The notes under the pieces are model-generated. The model was not told where the DNA came from and did not search any database. It saw nothing but the letters and a program-made list of their open reading frames with translations. From Podarcis tiliguerta (lineage: Eukaryota), in the NCBI GenBank assembly GCA_965153285.1, contig OZ229115.1: a DNA stretch of 64,000 bases; one strand, 5' to 3'. Shown here piece after piece: positions 11,006 to 22,434 of this stretch (position 1 is its first letter; the number at the start of each line of letters is the position of its first letter). The position numbers and the translations under genes are program-made.

Positions 11006-11317
11006 CAGGGATGTCCAACCGGTCAGCCGCGATTGACAGGTCGACCCCCAGATGATAGTGGTAGATTGCGGTTGATTGATGTTGATCGCAGGGCCCCTTC
11101 CCTCCACGGGGGAAAAAGAGCATCTGACCCAGTCCCCTTGTTCTTCCCTTCAATGGCACACGATTGCGAAAACAAAACTAAAAAAAGCTCAACAGCTTTG
11201 GCCTGTTCCCCCGAAAAAGCTTAACAACTTTGGGTTCGCCCCCCAAAATGTGTAGATCACTGCTAGACACCCCCCCCCCGGAGTAGATAGCAGCCTCTTG
11301 GGAGTTGGACGTCCCTG
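11006..11317. mobile_element. hAT-type MITE
   Basis: TIRs CAGGGATGTCCAAC...GTTGGACGTCCCTG; degenerate 8-bp TSD ccccactg/ccctacgg. Confidence 0.7.
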
Positions 11318-13809
11318 CCCTACGGAAACTGCTCTTTCCCAGACTACTCATGACGTTTCATATTTTGTTCTAAGCCGGAACCCATGGACATGAGGCAGAT
11401 CAGTAGTCACAACACCAAAGATAATTCTAAGCGAGCATATTGTTCTTACTGAGGTCTTATGAGTCCACACCCCCCCACCCCCACTGTTCCCACCGTGTTG
11501 GCCTGAAGAATGTGGATCTTAAAAAGCTGCATCTAGAAAATAAGTGTTAATCTCTCTTTCAGTGGCCTCCCACCTGATGCACTCCCCATATTATTGGGCA
11601 GGCACAGGGCAGGAGGCAGCTATTTAAGATTCCTTGCTTGAACTCCGTGAGCTCAAGGCCAGCACCAGTACAGCTGCTCCAGACTTAGCCAGCTCACCTT
11701 TGGACTCATGCCCAGGGCTATGACACCATCTTGACGTAGTACAGTCCCCATTCATAAACTTTAGTATTTCAGTTTGGGCAGGTACCAGAAATGTGAAAGA
11801 AACAAGGCTCTGTTGGGTCCTTTAAGATGTGGAGAGATCCATGAGGTATGCAGGAAAGAAGTCCTTTAAAAAAGAAAAGCACACTGGTTTCTCCCCCCCC
11901 CCCCAAAAAAAAAATTGCACATGGACAGCAGAAAGCAGCATGCACTAGGAGTTATGCTGCCGCCGGGGGTGGGGGTGGGCAAAGACCTTTGGGGGGGGAA
12001 TGTCCTCAGGTGGGTGTGGTTTTCTCAGAGATCCCTGACTCCCCCCCATCTCCAGATATTTTATATTGCGCAAGAGAATTTCCCCAAAGAGTGGTTTCTG
12101 TAACTAAAAAGCAACAAATTGAACAAAAGGGTGAGCAAAAGTAATTCTCACGTGAGAGTATGGCTCTCTCTGCTTGGGACAGCATTACCACGGAACTTCA
12201 TAAGCATAGTAAATTCTTCGAGACGGAGTTAACAAAACCATTCCTGCTGCTGAAATGTGTACACTCCCTTGCTATTTACAATTAGAGTTGCTTGTCTCTT
12301 AACACACACCATTACAGAATTGATAGTAACAGACATCTTAACGCCTGGAATGATCCGCTAATGTACATACGATGTATATACCATATGGAGAAGCATTGTG
12401 GAGGTTTCAGGTTTCTTGATCAAAATGATTTTGAGTGGCTGTTTTGAGTATGTTATGAATATATGTCTGACACCTTATCAACCCAGATTCCTCCATCTAC
12501 TTCTCAGTGTGCCCTTGTGACCTTTGAGTGCTGCCTACACAAATGCAGCCTCACGTTATTCTGAGGGTAGTTTTGTGAGGTCTTTGCATACATAATACTT
12601 ATGACTAATACTGCCAGAAAGCTCCACTTGTCCATGGATGAATTTTTTTTTAATATAAAAGAAATCTACATCAGACATCTAAATTTCCTGATGTAGCAAT
12701 CTGTGGGTTGTGACTAGTTGAACAGGAACATCAGGGAACAAAGTGCTTCATCGGGATCTCTAAATACAGAGAAATACGAGTGCTCATGGAAAATGTTCAT
12801 GATGTTCGCTACTCACGTTACTTTCCATGGGACTGAGGAAACTGCAGAGGTGTTATCAGAACTACATCTCATGGTAAGAAAACAACTTGAAAATAGTTGG
12901 ATAAAATGGTTATTATACCATCAAGTATTGCCCTGAAAGAGCAGAAAATAGGTTTATTCCACTGACCACTTGCTCCATTTTTGTTTCACCCATTGTTTGT
13001 TTTCGTGAGGCGTTTGGTTGGTTGTGAGGTCTATACTCACCACCAGCTGGAGATGGTGGTGGTGATAGGAGTTTATTTTAGGCTGCTGTGAAAGATACAA
13101 TCTCATAAATGGCAGGTAGGCAGGAACTTAATAGTACTGAGGCCTCCTGTCACTTGAAAGTTTGTATAAGCTAACCAACCAACTGCATTGCTTAAGGGCC
13201 AAAGTAGGGCTGTTGTAGTCATTATTTACTGAATTTATATCCAGTCCTCCCCTGCCCAAGGAGCCCAGGGAGGCAAACAGATGTACCACTTAAAAACAAA
13301 GCAAAAGCATTCTAAAAGCAATTGAAAACATTAATTCATCCAATGATCTTAAAGCAGTATTCTTCGGCCACCAAATGCCTGAGCAGGTTGATGCTGGCAG
13401 AGCCAGGTAGCTAAACCTGGACCTGCTGCCCTGTTTTAGGAGTAAACAGGGCAGGTTGTGAGGAGCGCAAAGCCTGCTGCTTTCTCCATTGCAACTTCTC
13501 TCAGCAACCCTTTCCCCTCAGTCAGACTCTGATGCCTGGTGTGAGCCTGGCTGCAAAATACGTAGATGCTGGAGAAAAGAGACTGCAGGGCAGGTATGCC
13601 ACCTCCACATCTATGCCCTTTGGTTCTTTAAACTGAACCACCTCCGCTACACGAGACACTTTCTGGATTTAAAACTTGCAATTCCATGCAGGCTGTACCT
13701 GTCTGTCTATATTCTAGAACAATGGTGTCCCTTTGGGGGACAAGAAAGGCCATTCTCCACAATTGACCACCAGTCCACAGGTAGTATCTAGCCTGCTACA
13801 ATTACCTGA

Positions 13810-14168
13810 CTCTAGTTTGTGGTAAAATAAAGTCAAACAGTGTTGTAGAAGCATCTGTTTTCTGTGTGGTTTCCTCCCCCCTTTTTTTCTGTCACACCAA
13901 CCATTTTTCCACTTGCGTCAAAAGGAAATTGAGCAGCTTGTGGGTTCTCGAGATTCGGCTCTTCTCAAGAACATGCAGTCAAACAACAAGAGCGGCAGAA
14001 ACTCACCGGCTGTTGGCTTAAGCTGTGCTTCAGGGAAGAAGGGCCAAGAAGATTCTGCTGCTTGGATTTTACTTGTGTACAGAACAAGAGGACAGCCTGT
14101 TGCTTGGAAGACGCTGCAGCAAGAAATCCAAACTACTGAAGAGCACTGAATGCAGAGAATCTGGTCAG
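13810..14168 (+). promoter_or_regulatory. SLA2: Putative SLA2 promoter and non-coding first exon
   Basis: RUNX TGTGGT at 13818 and 13865, the latter abutting ETS-type TTCCTC; TTTTCC/GGAAA and TGCGTCA at about 13905-13928; candidate donor CAG|gtgcgt at 14168/14169. The acceptor at 16708 upstream of the SLA2 ATG implies an upstream exon. Confidence 0.45.
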
Positions 14169-15320
14169 GTGCGTTTATCTTTGGACACTGTTCATTAAAG
14201 GAATAGGTCTGGATTTGTGTTGGTGCCTCCCTATGTATTGAGTGATGCGACCCTCTGACTCCTATCCAGAAACTATTACAGGCAGGGGAACTGGGGTTGG
14301 GCTCCACTCTACCAACTGTCCTCAAGGGTCCTGTTTTGCAAGAGAGCTTCTTTCTTCTTGTCGCATCACCATCTTGCTGTGATTTCTGAAGAGCCTGTGG
14401 CCATTTGGTGCTGGGATAGACAGGTGAGTGGTGCTCACAGTCGCATCACTGGGAGCAGAAGGAACTGTTATGGAGCTAGAGACCATGAGGCTTTTGAGAA
14501 ATGGAACCAAGGGTTTGGCAGATTTTATGGTGATAGTAGTAGAAGACTGGTGGGGCAAAGAGGCCACTGTAGGTGAATAAATGCTTTGCTGAAGTGTGCT
14601 TCATTGTAGGATTAAGATAAGTAGGAGAATAGTGAAAGAGGAGCCTTGAATGTCCCTGGTACCACAGTGGAAACCATAGAAGTGTGAAGAGTAACCATGA
14701 GACTTTGTCTACTAACAGGAAACGGCAATACAGGTTAACTTTAGGAAAGGTGTTTTTTTAATTGTTGGGGCAGATAGCTATGCTACTGGCCACCAGGGCT
14801 GAGATCCAGAACTGATCTTTGTTGCCTGGTCATACTGAGTACGGACTTAAACTCTTCTCAAAGATTCTTTTATCAATAGGTAATCCGTTTAGCTTCCAAG
14901 CTGTGGGTGAGACATAAGTTTCAAAGATAGTGGAGCCATCACTTCCAAACACGATTAGCCAGTGTATATTGTAACCAGGTTAGAAATGGATGGTATCTTA
15001 ACACTGCCATCCTAGGCATTTGCTCTCAGCAGTACAGTCCAAACTGATTTGCAAAGTACTTGGGAGTACATCAAACTTATGGCTAAGGCTATAAGTTCCA
15101 TCTTTTCAAATGAGTGTGACATGTCCTAACTTGGCTGTGTTTTGTACTGCAGAGATTCCTCATCTGTTCACCTCTACTGTAGGATAGTCTTCACTGAAGT
15201 GCGTTAATCACCCCCTGCTGGGCAACTCAAGGCTGGATTAAAGTGGTTGGGGGTTCCTACACCAGTTTCCCAAATATGGCCCCTCTTATCCAAAAAATGA
15301 ATGCACGAAGTAAGGAAATA

Positions 15321-15460
15321 CATAGAATCATAGAATTATGTAGAGTTGGAAGGGATTCCAAAGGTCACCTAGTCGAGTGCCATGCCCTACTGACTGAGCT
15401 ATCAGATACCTCAGATAAAGACTAAGCAATTTATTGTTGCATAAGCTTTCATGGACTACA
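15321..15460 (-). mobile_element. Internally deleted tRNA/CR1-tail SINE (15321-15401) next to a Penelope-like fragment (15421-15460)
   Basis: (catagaat)n CR1-type tail joined to a tagctcagtcagtagggcatg tRNA head; adjacent gtagtccatGAAAGCTTATGc..aataaa on -. Confidence 0.55.
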
Positions 15461-15897
15461 AAAACACAACACTCTGAGCAAGTGTAGTTTCATTTTTAAA
15501 CTCGCTTCTCGTGGTTTTTGCTCACTTTTGCCCATCAACTTACTTCACATGGCTAAAGATACAAAAGAAGGCAAGGGGAGGGCTCAGTGCTAGCATCCTA
15601 GACATCCAATTTTGTTTCCTTTAACCAGGATGGTGTACCTTTGTACTATAAAGATCCATATTTTTCTTGGTACTGCAGTCTTGCAGAGTAGTACAACTCC
15701 AAGGCTTCAGTCCTTCTTAATCTAGCCTGACTATAATGCTTTACAGAGGCATAACTCCAGCTTGTTTTCACAGGCCAGGCCAGCTTACGTCCTCATGACC
15801 CCTCTGATTTTGAGTCTATTTCCAGGGTTAACTAATTCTTGCTTGGGCTATTAATGTTAACTTTCCTTGCAGACTCAAACCAATAACCAAACCAATG

Positions 15898-15947
<50 letters not shown>

Positions 15948-16360
15948 TTTTATTTATATCCTGCCCTCCGCAGCCGAAGCCGGGCTCAGGGCGGCTAACA
16001 ACAATTAAATAATCAAACAATCAAATAATCCAACATTCTAAAAACATTCCATTATAAAAATTAATTAAAATCAAATTAATGGCAACCGTTAAGCAAAATT
16101 CTGGGCAGGTTGCCAGAGGAGGGAGTCAGGCTGGGCCCTGACTAAAGGCCTGGTGGAACAACTCTGTCTTGCAGGCCCTGCAGAAAGATGTCAGGTCCCA
16201 CAGGCCCCTAGTCTTTTGTGACAGAGCATTCCACCAGATTGGAGCCACAGCCGATAAAGCCCTGGCTCTAGTTGAGGCCAGCCTAACCTCTCTGAGGCCT
16301 GGGACCTTCAGGATGTTTTTATTTGCAGACCGTAGGTTTCTCTGTGGGGCATACCAGGAT
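15898..16360 (-). mobile_element. L2 LINE 3' end with (AAT)n tail
   Basis: Minus ORF LRSANKNILKVP..RARALSAVAPIWWNAL..SFCRACKTELF; (AAT)n at 15898-15946. Confidence 0.75.
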
Positions 16361-16758
16361 GAAGCCAGTAACATCTTAAAGAGGCAGCAAATGGCTTTGC
16401 GGCTTCTTGCCTCTTTCCCTAACACAGTGCAAGGACACTTCAAACACTTGGCAGATAACTGAGTTCAGAGCAAATGATGGATAATGGCTGATAGAAGAGG
16501 TGCTGAGCACAAGGTCCTTTGGAGCATGTGACTGAGTGGAGCCAAGGACAGAGGACTCCAAGCTGGGAACCTAGATCAGCATTTAGTTTTAGCATGTCGA
16601 AAAGGCTCTTATATCATTGGTGAGCAACTGAATGGAAGCTCAACGGGAGGCTGGATGCAACCTTGAAGTTGATGCTGATGACCCTCTTGTTTTCTCTCTT
16701 GTTAAAAGGTCTCTCTCAACCACTGTTACTTAAATCTACCAGCTGACGGCAGACTGTG

Positions 16759-16867
16759 ATGGGAAGTTTGCCCAGCAGGAGGAAGCAGATTGCTACTCAG
16801 CCAAGCCCACAGTCCAACGTGCAGAACAGCCAGGCCCTTGGCCTCAGCCGTGGTGTCCGGCCACAAG
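16759..16867 (+). CDS. SLA2: SLA2 first coding exon (MGSLPSRRKQ...VRPQ)
   Basis: Acceptor aaag|G at 16708/16709; ATG at 16759; donor CAAG|gtggga. Confidence 0.85.
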
Positions 16868-19800
16868 GTGGGAGGTTGTTCTGTGCTACCGATCCCTGGA
16901 CATAGAAAGCTTAGGGTTGCATGCAATGCTAGTCCTACTCGGGGTAGATCCACTGAAATGAATGACCACTGCTAACTTGGGACCATCAGCACAGTGGAAG
17001 GTACCAGGTGGGGGAAGGATGATCCGGGACTAGGAGAATCAAAGTGGTGCCTTCTGGATAGTCTCGGACTACAACTCCTACCACTGCTGACCATTGGTGA
17101 TGTGCTGGCTAGGACTGATGGGAATTGGAAGTCCCAACCCTATATGGAAGGCACCATGTTGGCTGCCACTACTAGTTTAAACACTTCTCAGCTTTGCTGG
17201 CTAACTAACTGGTGAAGCAGGAATGTCTTAATCAGGCAGGGGAAGGCAGCCAAGAGGGGGCAAAACAAACCTCCCTAGGGAGGGAGTCCCACAATCAATA
17301 AGCCTTTTGCGGTGCCCCAGCCACCAATGGGATGTCAAGAGAAGCCGCCTCTGTTGATTTGAAGGTTTGCACAGCTGTATGGGGAGCCTTTTAGATCATT
17401 TGTTGCCAGTACAGTGGTACCTCAGGTTAAGAACTTAATTCCTTCTGGAGGTCCGTTCTTAACCTGAAACTGTTATTAACCTGAGGTGCCACTTTAGCTA
17501 TTAGGACCTCCTGCCGCCGCCACACGATTTCTCCTGAAGCAAAGTTCTTAACCAGAGGTACTATTTCTGGGTTAGCGGAGTCTGTAACCTGAAGTGTCTG
17601 TAACCTGAGGTACTACTGTACTTGGCTTATCATCAATGTTCTCTGGGCAGTTAACAAAGAAAGGCTAAAAACCCATAAAACCCAGTCAAAAAATTAACAG
17701 CAGCCACTGTACCAGCTAAATAACCTAAGCCTAAGCTATTTAGGGCCTGAATTTAGGGCACTTTGAATTGTGTCTGGAAATGAACTAGAAGCCAGTGCAG
17801 CTGTTATAATAAGAGTGCACCCTGCTCCTAGGACACCTGAAGTTTCCTGATACTCTTCAAGGGCAGTAGGAAAGCTCGTAGGAAAGCTCAAGGCATGGAA
17901 AGACTGTAAGTCGTTTGTTAACTATGTCTTATTTATTAACTTGTAGATGAGAGTACCCCTATAGCTGTTGCTGTGTGTAATTTCCCTTCTGGACATGCAG
18001 AGCCAATACTGTGGATGGGAGAGCAGCTGAATTTGCTATCTGAGTGAGTACTTGCACTGAGATGATGAATGACAGAATTCTCCCTACCCATCTTGAGACA
18101 TACACGAAGGTGCGGAACAAGGGTGTCCTTGTGGAACTGGCCTGAACTCTGAGACTTTTTGAAGTGTGATATGGCTAAGCGCTCTGTCGTTTGTGCTTAA
18201 GGCCCAGTTCCTTTGGCTTCTACTTGAGTCTCCACAAAATATATAAAAGATAATTGAGAGCCAATGTGGTATAACAGAACTGGACTATGACCTGGGAGAC
18301 CAGTGGTTGAATTCCCTGCTCATTGGGTGACCTTGGCCCAGTCAAAGTCCCTCAGCCTAGCCAATCTCATAGAGGCGTTGTAAGGAGAAAATGGAAAGGA
18401 GAGAACCATGTAGACCACCTTTAGCTCATCGGAGAAAAAGGTGGTATACAAATGTAAGAAACAAGTCAGCCAGTCAAACTTAATTTTTAGAAACCATTTG
18501 TCACCACAGAAATACAAATAGTATATAAATACATTTTCACATAGATGGTCTCCAGCACATGAGACCTCATGTTGTATGATGAAATTTTGTGTGATCCATC
18601 TGGGCTGCTAAGGAAACAGAGAAACATTGGGTACTATCCAACTAAGAAATCCCCTCATCTCAAGGATTTCTGCTTGTGTGATGGGACTTCCCCTCCACTC
18701 CTCCCCCAGCCACACCCTCCCCATATCTGCTCCAGAGGGTTGAGGGAACCCCTAGAACAGTTACGGGGGGAGGAGAGAGGGAGAATGTTCCATTCTATAA
18801 GCAGAAATCCTTACACCGACTGAACATTCTTGTAGTGCTATGTCGAGTTTATCCCCATCTATCAATAACAGATTTTCACCCTGTTATTTAAAAAGGAAAG
18901 CTGCTGGAAACAGTATAAGCATTTTTGTCGCGGTAATGGCCAGCCCCCTTCCCTAGTTCTCAATTATGAAGAGGGAAGATCTTCAAGGAAGAGGTCATTG
19001 GGAAGTCTTGATGCTCAATTTTACAATATGCTTTTCTTTTAACAGAGATGGTGAATGGTGGAAAGTGGAGTCAGTAACCACGGGCAAAGGCTGCTATGTT
19101 CCCAGCAACCATGTTGCCAAAATCTCTCACGGGTAGGAGTTTCTGCTTTCCTGTTTATGCCGCAGCAATATAAATGGTCTGGTTGGGAGTAATTTGGGCA
19201 GCAGTAGGGCAGTTCAGGATGTGTGCCCCCCCCCCCAAGAGCTGCCTAAGGGTGCATAGCCCTGGAGGATCCAGTCTTAGCCTGCATGGGACAAGTGTTC
19301 TGGGCAGTAACAGTGGCGTGTGCTTCTCTTCCAGGTGGCTCTATGAGGGCATCAGCCGATCGAAGGCTGAGGAGCTGTTGCTGCTGCCTTCCAACAGTGA
19401 AGGTTATTTTCTGGTCAGAGAGAGCCAAATGAAGAAAGGTATTGAGTCTCTTCAGAAATCTTCTGACTCGCTGGATTCTAGGGAACAAAGTGGGCTGAAG
19501 AGTGTGGTTCAGGAAGTTCAGAGGTGATGATTTCACACAACTTTGTGGCCTGATGGTGTTCTCTCTCACACGCAGGTTGCTACTCTTTGTCTATCAGACA
19601 CACAAATCGTGCTTCCTGGGATTGCGTGAAACACTATCGCATTAACTGCATGGAAAACGGCTGGCTGTACATCTCCCCTCGCCTCACCTTCTCGAGCTTG
19701 CAGGAGCTGGTGGAGTACTATTCTGGTAATTTTGTTTTCCCCTGCTTCCGGGTTGATAAAAGGGAGAGATTAAATTCTGTTTTGTTCCTGCTCGAGGCGG

Positions 19801-21834
19801 CCTCCAGCAGTTACGACGCAGTCCTGGTGTCAGCACCTGGCATACTGGGCTGACACCTTGGGCCCTCTGGCGGCTGTATTCTCACAGCAGCCAGCCACTT
19901 CCTCCTGCACCTGCTCATGCCCTGCTACTGCAGCAGCAGCCCTTTACTCAGCCACCAGCTAAGCCTGAGTGCGAGTGTATGGTGGGGGGAGGCTGGCAGT
20001 CTCCCACCTTGTTGCTGTAGTGCAGGGGTTGGCAATGTTTACCTTGTCTGGGCCGGTCCCCTCCAGTAGAGATCCCTCCATGGGCCGGATCGTGTGCAGG
20101 CCCACGATTTTCAGCGTTTGCGCACTCAATTTTTGGTGCTGCGAAAGCGAGTCCCCACACCACGCTGGTTTAGCGCAGTGAGTGCCGAGTGGCTCGGGAG
20201 CCAGTTAAATGACCCCCGTGGGCCACTTGTGTCCCATGGGCCTTAGGTTGCTGACCCCTGCTGTGGTGCGTAGGAGCCTGTAGTGGGTTGGATACACTGG
20301 CTCCCTTGAGAAGGGAGGCTGCAGCAGGTGAGCCCAAATGCCAGAGGGCACTGGGAGGCTCTGTGGAGAGCAGCCTGCCCAAGTCCTCCCCAAAACTGAA
20401 GTCAGGCCTTGACAAATCCTCTTGTGTAAAAAGATTGCTTCTGTAGAATAAGGAGTGGGAAAGCTGAGCTTCCCTGGCCACGAGAAATAACAATTTGATA
20501 TCCAACTTATTTTGTACTTTTTGCACTGCTCAATTTCATTCAGCACATGGGTTTCAATCCTATGCTTGGTGAAACTAGTTCTGGGTGGTGTGCAAGTGTG
20601 CTGCCACTCACACAGATTGCAGTCTGCTTGTTTGCCTTGGGGAACGCAACAAGATGCATTTTCCTTGCTCATGCTAAAGTGGTGGTGGTGGGCTCTCCAA
20701 TCGCTTCTATCTGACTCACAAGCTTGCTCTGAATCCTTCCAAGTACTTCGGCTTAGCTAGTATGTATCCTTGAATTGTGACCATGCCTTGAATGCCTGTG
20801 TGTGTAGAAACCTCCACCTTCTTTACATGCAAGTCAGCCTACTGCACAAAATTAGGAGCTGCATCTTTTGCTCTGGCATGCAACCTCCAGGATGCCCACA
20901 GGGGAATGTGGCCCTTGAGCTGGAAAAGGCTCCTCACCTCTTGTGCTGCCACCAACACACTGGTTTAAAATAGCAAGGTTGAAACAAGTATGTGGTGATC
21001 AGTGCAGTTTAGCTTTGTTTACTACTATGCGCTTGGTCCGGAATACCTAGTGGCTATGCATGGAAGGCCCAGATTAGGAGATTCTTTCCTCCTTTTGTTA
21101 ACAGAAGTTGGAGATGGCTTATGTTGCTGCTTGAAGGAGCCATGCTTCATCCAAGGCTCTACATTGTGGCAGAAGTCTAATCTTTCCCAACCAATGGTAG
21201 TAAAGAAGCCAGCTCTCAACTGGGAGGAGATCAGCAGGTATTTTATTATTATCCTCTTTTCTTCTAGCACAGAACTCAGCACAGAGTTCCTAAGCAGTCT
21301 CTTTATCTGGGCTCTGGCTTGTATGAATTCATGTTGCTGCATTATCAGCCTTCAAAACCATGTTCTGGTCGGGCATCCTTCCTCTAAGGAGAAGACAGCA
21401 ATCTTTGCAGACGGTCGCTGCTCTGATGATTCACTGGTTGCAGCAAGCATAAGACTATTTAATCTGTAGTGGGTAAATACTTCTGCTGCAAGAGAAGCAT
21501 TTGGTTGCACTTGCTAATAGCAACAAGAGATAAAAGCAAGTTTCTGACAGTGGTATGACTGGGATAAGCAGTGGGGAAGTCTGCCTGCTTTTGTGTGGGA
21601 ACAATCTACCAGAATGCTATAATGAGAACGTCTTTGCAAGAGAAGGATGTTTATCCTTCTGCTTCACAGCATATTTTAATCTTTCAATGTTTTCTCCTGT
21701 CTAGCTCAGACTTGTTGGCAGAAAATCCGCTAGCAGAAGACTCGCCAATTAGCTTGGGCCTGAGGGAAGCTGTCACTTCCTACCTGTTAATGACTGAAGA
21801 GCTGCCGTCAGAGGACACAATCAGTGAAAAGTGA
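16759..21834 (+). CDS. SLA2: Src-like adaptor 2 (SLAP-2/MARS), 269 aa: myristoylation motif, SH3, SH2, C-terminal Cbl-binding region
   Basis: Exons 16759-16867, 17947-18043, 19046-19132, 19335-19438, 19576-19725, 21105-21237 and 21705-21834 sum to 810 nt in frame. N-terminus MGSLPSRRK; SH3 EDGEWWKV..YVPSNHVAK; SH2 WLYEGISRSKAEELL..FLVRES..HYRI..NGWLYISPRLTF; tail SLGLREAVTSYL; no kinase domain. Confidence 0.95.
17412..17618 (-). mobile_element. Tc1/mariner MITE, same family as 3954-4179 in opposite orientation
   Basis: TA-flanked CAGTGGTACCTC...GAGGTACTACTG; body is the reverse complement of the 3954 copy. Confidence 0.85.
17947..18043 (+). CDS. SLA2: SLA2 exon, SH3 N-terminal half
   Basis: tgtag|ATGAGA ... 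TCTGA|gtgagt; AVAVCNFPSG..LWMGEQLNLLSE. Confidence 0.9.
18255..18460 (+). mobile_element. tRNA/CORE (MIR-like) SINE
   Basis: B-box ggttgaattccc, core gggtgaccttgg..cagtc..ctcagcct, L2-like tail. Confidence 0.6.
19046..19132 (+). CDS. SLA2: SLA2 exon, SH3 C-terminal half
   Basis: aacag|AGATGG ... CACGG|gtagga; DGEWWKVESVTTGKGCYVPSNHVAKISH. Confidence 0.93.
19335..19438 (+). CDS. SLA2: SLA2 exon, SH2 N-terminal half
   Basis: ccag|GTGGCT ... GAAAG|gtattg; WLYEGISRSKAEELLLLPSNSEGYFLVRES. Confidence 0.95.
19576..19725 (+). CDS. SLA2: SLA2 exon, SH2 C-terminal half
   Basis: cgcag|GTTGCT ... TTCTG|gtaatt; CYSLSIR..VKHYRI..NGWLYISPRLTFSSLQELVEYYS. Confidence 0.95.
20023..20260. mobile_element. hAT-type MITE
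   Basis: TIRs CAGGGGTTGGCAA...TTGCTGACCCCTG; 8-bp TSD CTGTAGTG/CTGTGGTG. Confidence 0.8.
21105..21237 (+). CDS. SLA2: SLA2 exon (VGDGLCCCLKEPC...LNWEEIS)
   Basis: aacag|AAGTTG ... AGCAG|gtattt; 133 nt. Confidence 0.93.
21705..21834 (+). CDS. SLA2: SLA2 terminal coding exon
   Basis: tctag|CTCAGA; EDSPISLGLREAVTSYLLM; stop TGA 21832-21834. Confidence 0.92.
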
Positions 21835-22122
21835 GAAAGATGCAAATACACTTAGGGCTACTGAAGCATTTCTGGAATGTGGAAGACGGGACTTCAGTAC
21901 TGACCTCTTTCTACAGTTTTTAATGCTCGCTCACATTAATTTATCTACTTAATAATTATATTCTGCTGGTCTTCCATCATGTGGATCCCATGCAACTACT
22001 GACCAAACCCAGACCTGCTCAGCTTCAGCAAGATGGCAGCCTCATGTAGTTACACACGGCCTTGATGGGCTTCATTTACAAGGACTATATGTATATATGT
22101 ATTTATAATAATATTTTTAAAT

Positions 22123-22128
22123 AATAAA
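22123..22128 (+). terminator. Probable SLA2 polyadenylation signal (AATAAA)
   Basis: First AATAAA about 290 nt after the stop, preceded by an AT-rich tract with TGTA repeats. Confidence 0.6.
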
Positions 22129-22428
22129 GCTTGGCTGTGAATTTATGACTACTCCTATAAAGCTCTGCATTTCAGCAAAGTTCACTTTAAGAGTTCACTT
22201 CGCTCAACATCTGTAAAGGATATTTACATGGCAAAACAAGAAGAACCGCAAGCCACTCAAACACCAGCAGATCACCACAACTGTTAAATCACTCACCTTC
22301 ATTGTTCACAATGGGAAAGATATAAAGCTGGTGTTGGCTACATAACTAAATATTGCTGTGAACACTCCCGTAATACACGCACTATGCTACTTTGAGACAG
22401 CCAGGTGTCATTTAATGGTCACATAAGC

Positions 22429-22434
22429 TTTATT
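22429..22434 (-). terminator. Probable PHF20 polyadenylation signal (AATAAA on -)
   Basis: TTTATT on + at the end of a 1.7-kb AT-rich 3'UTR with no recognisable TEs. Confidence 0.55.
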
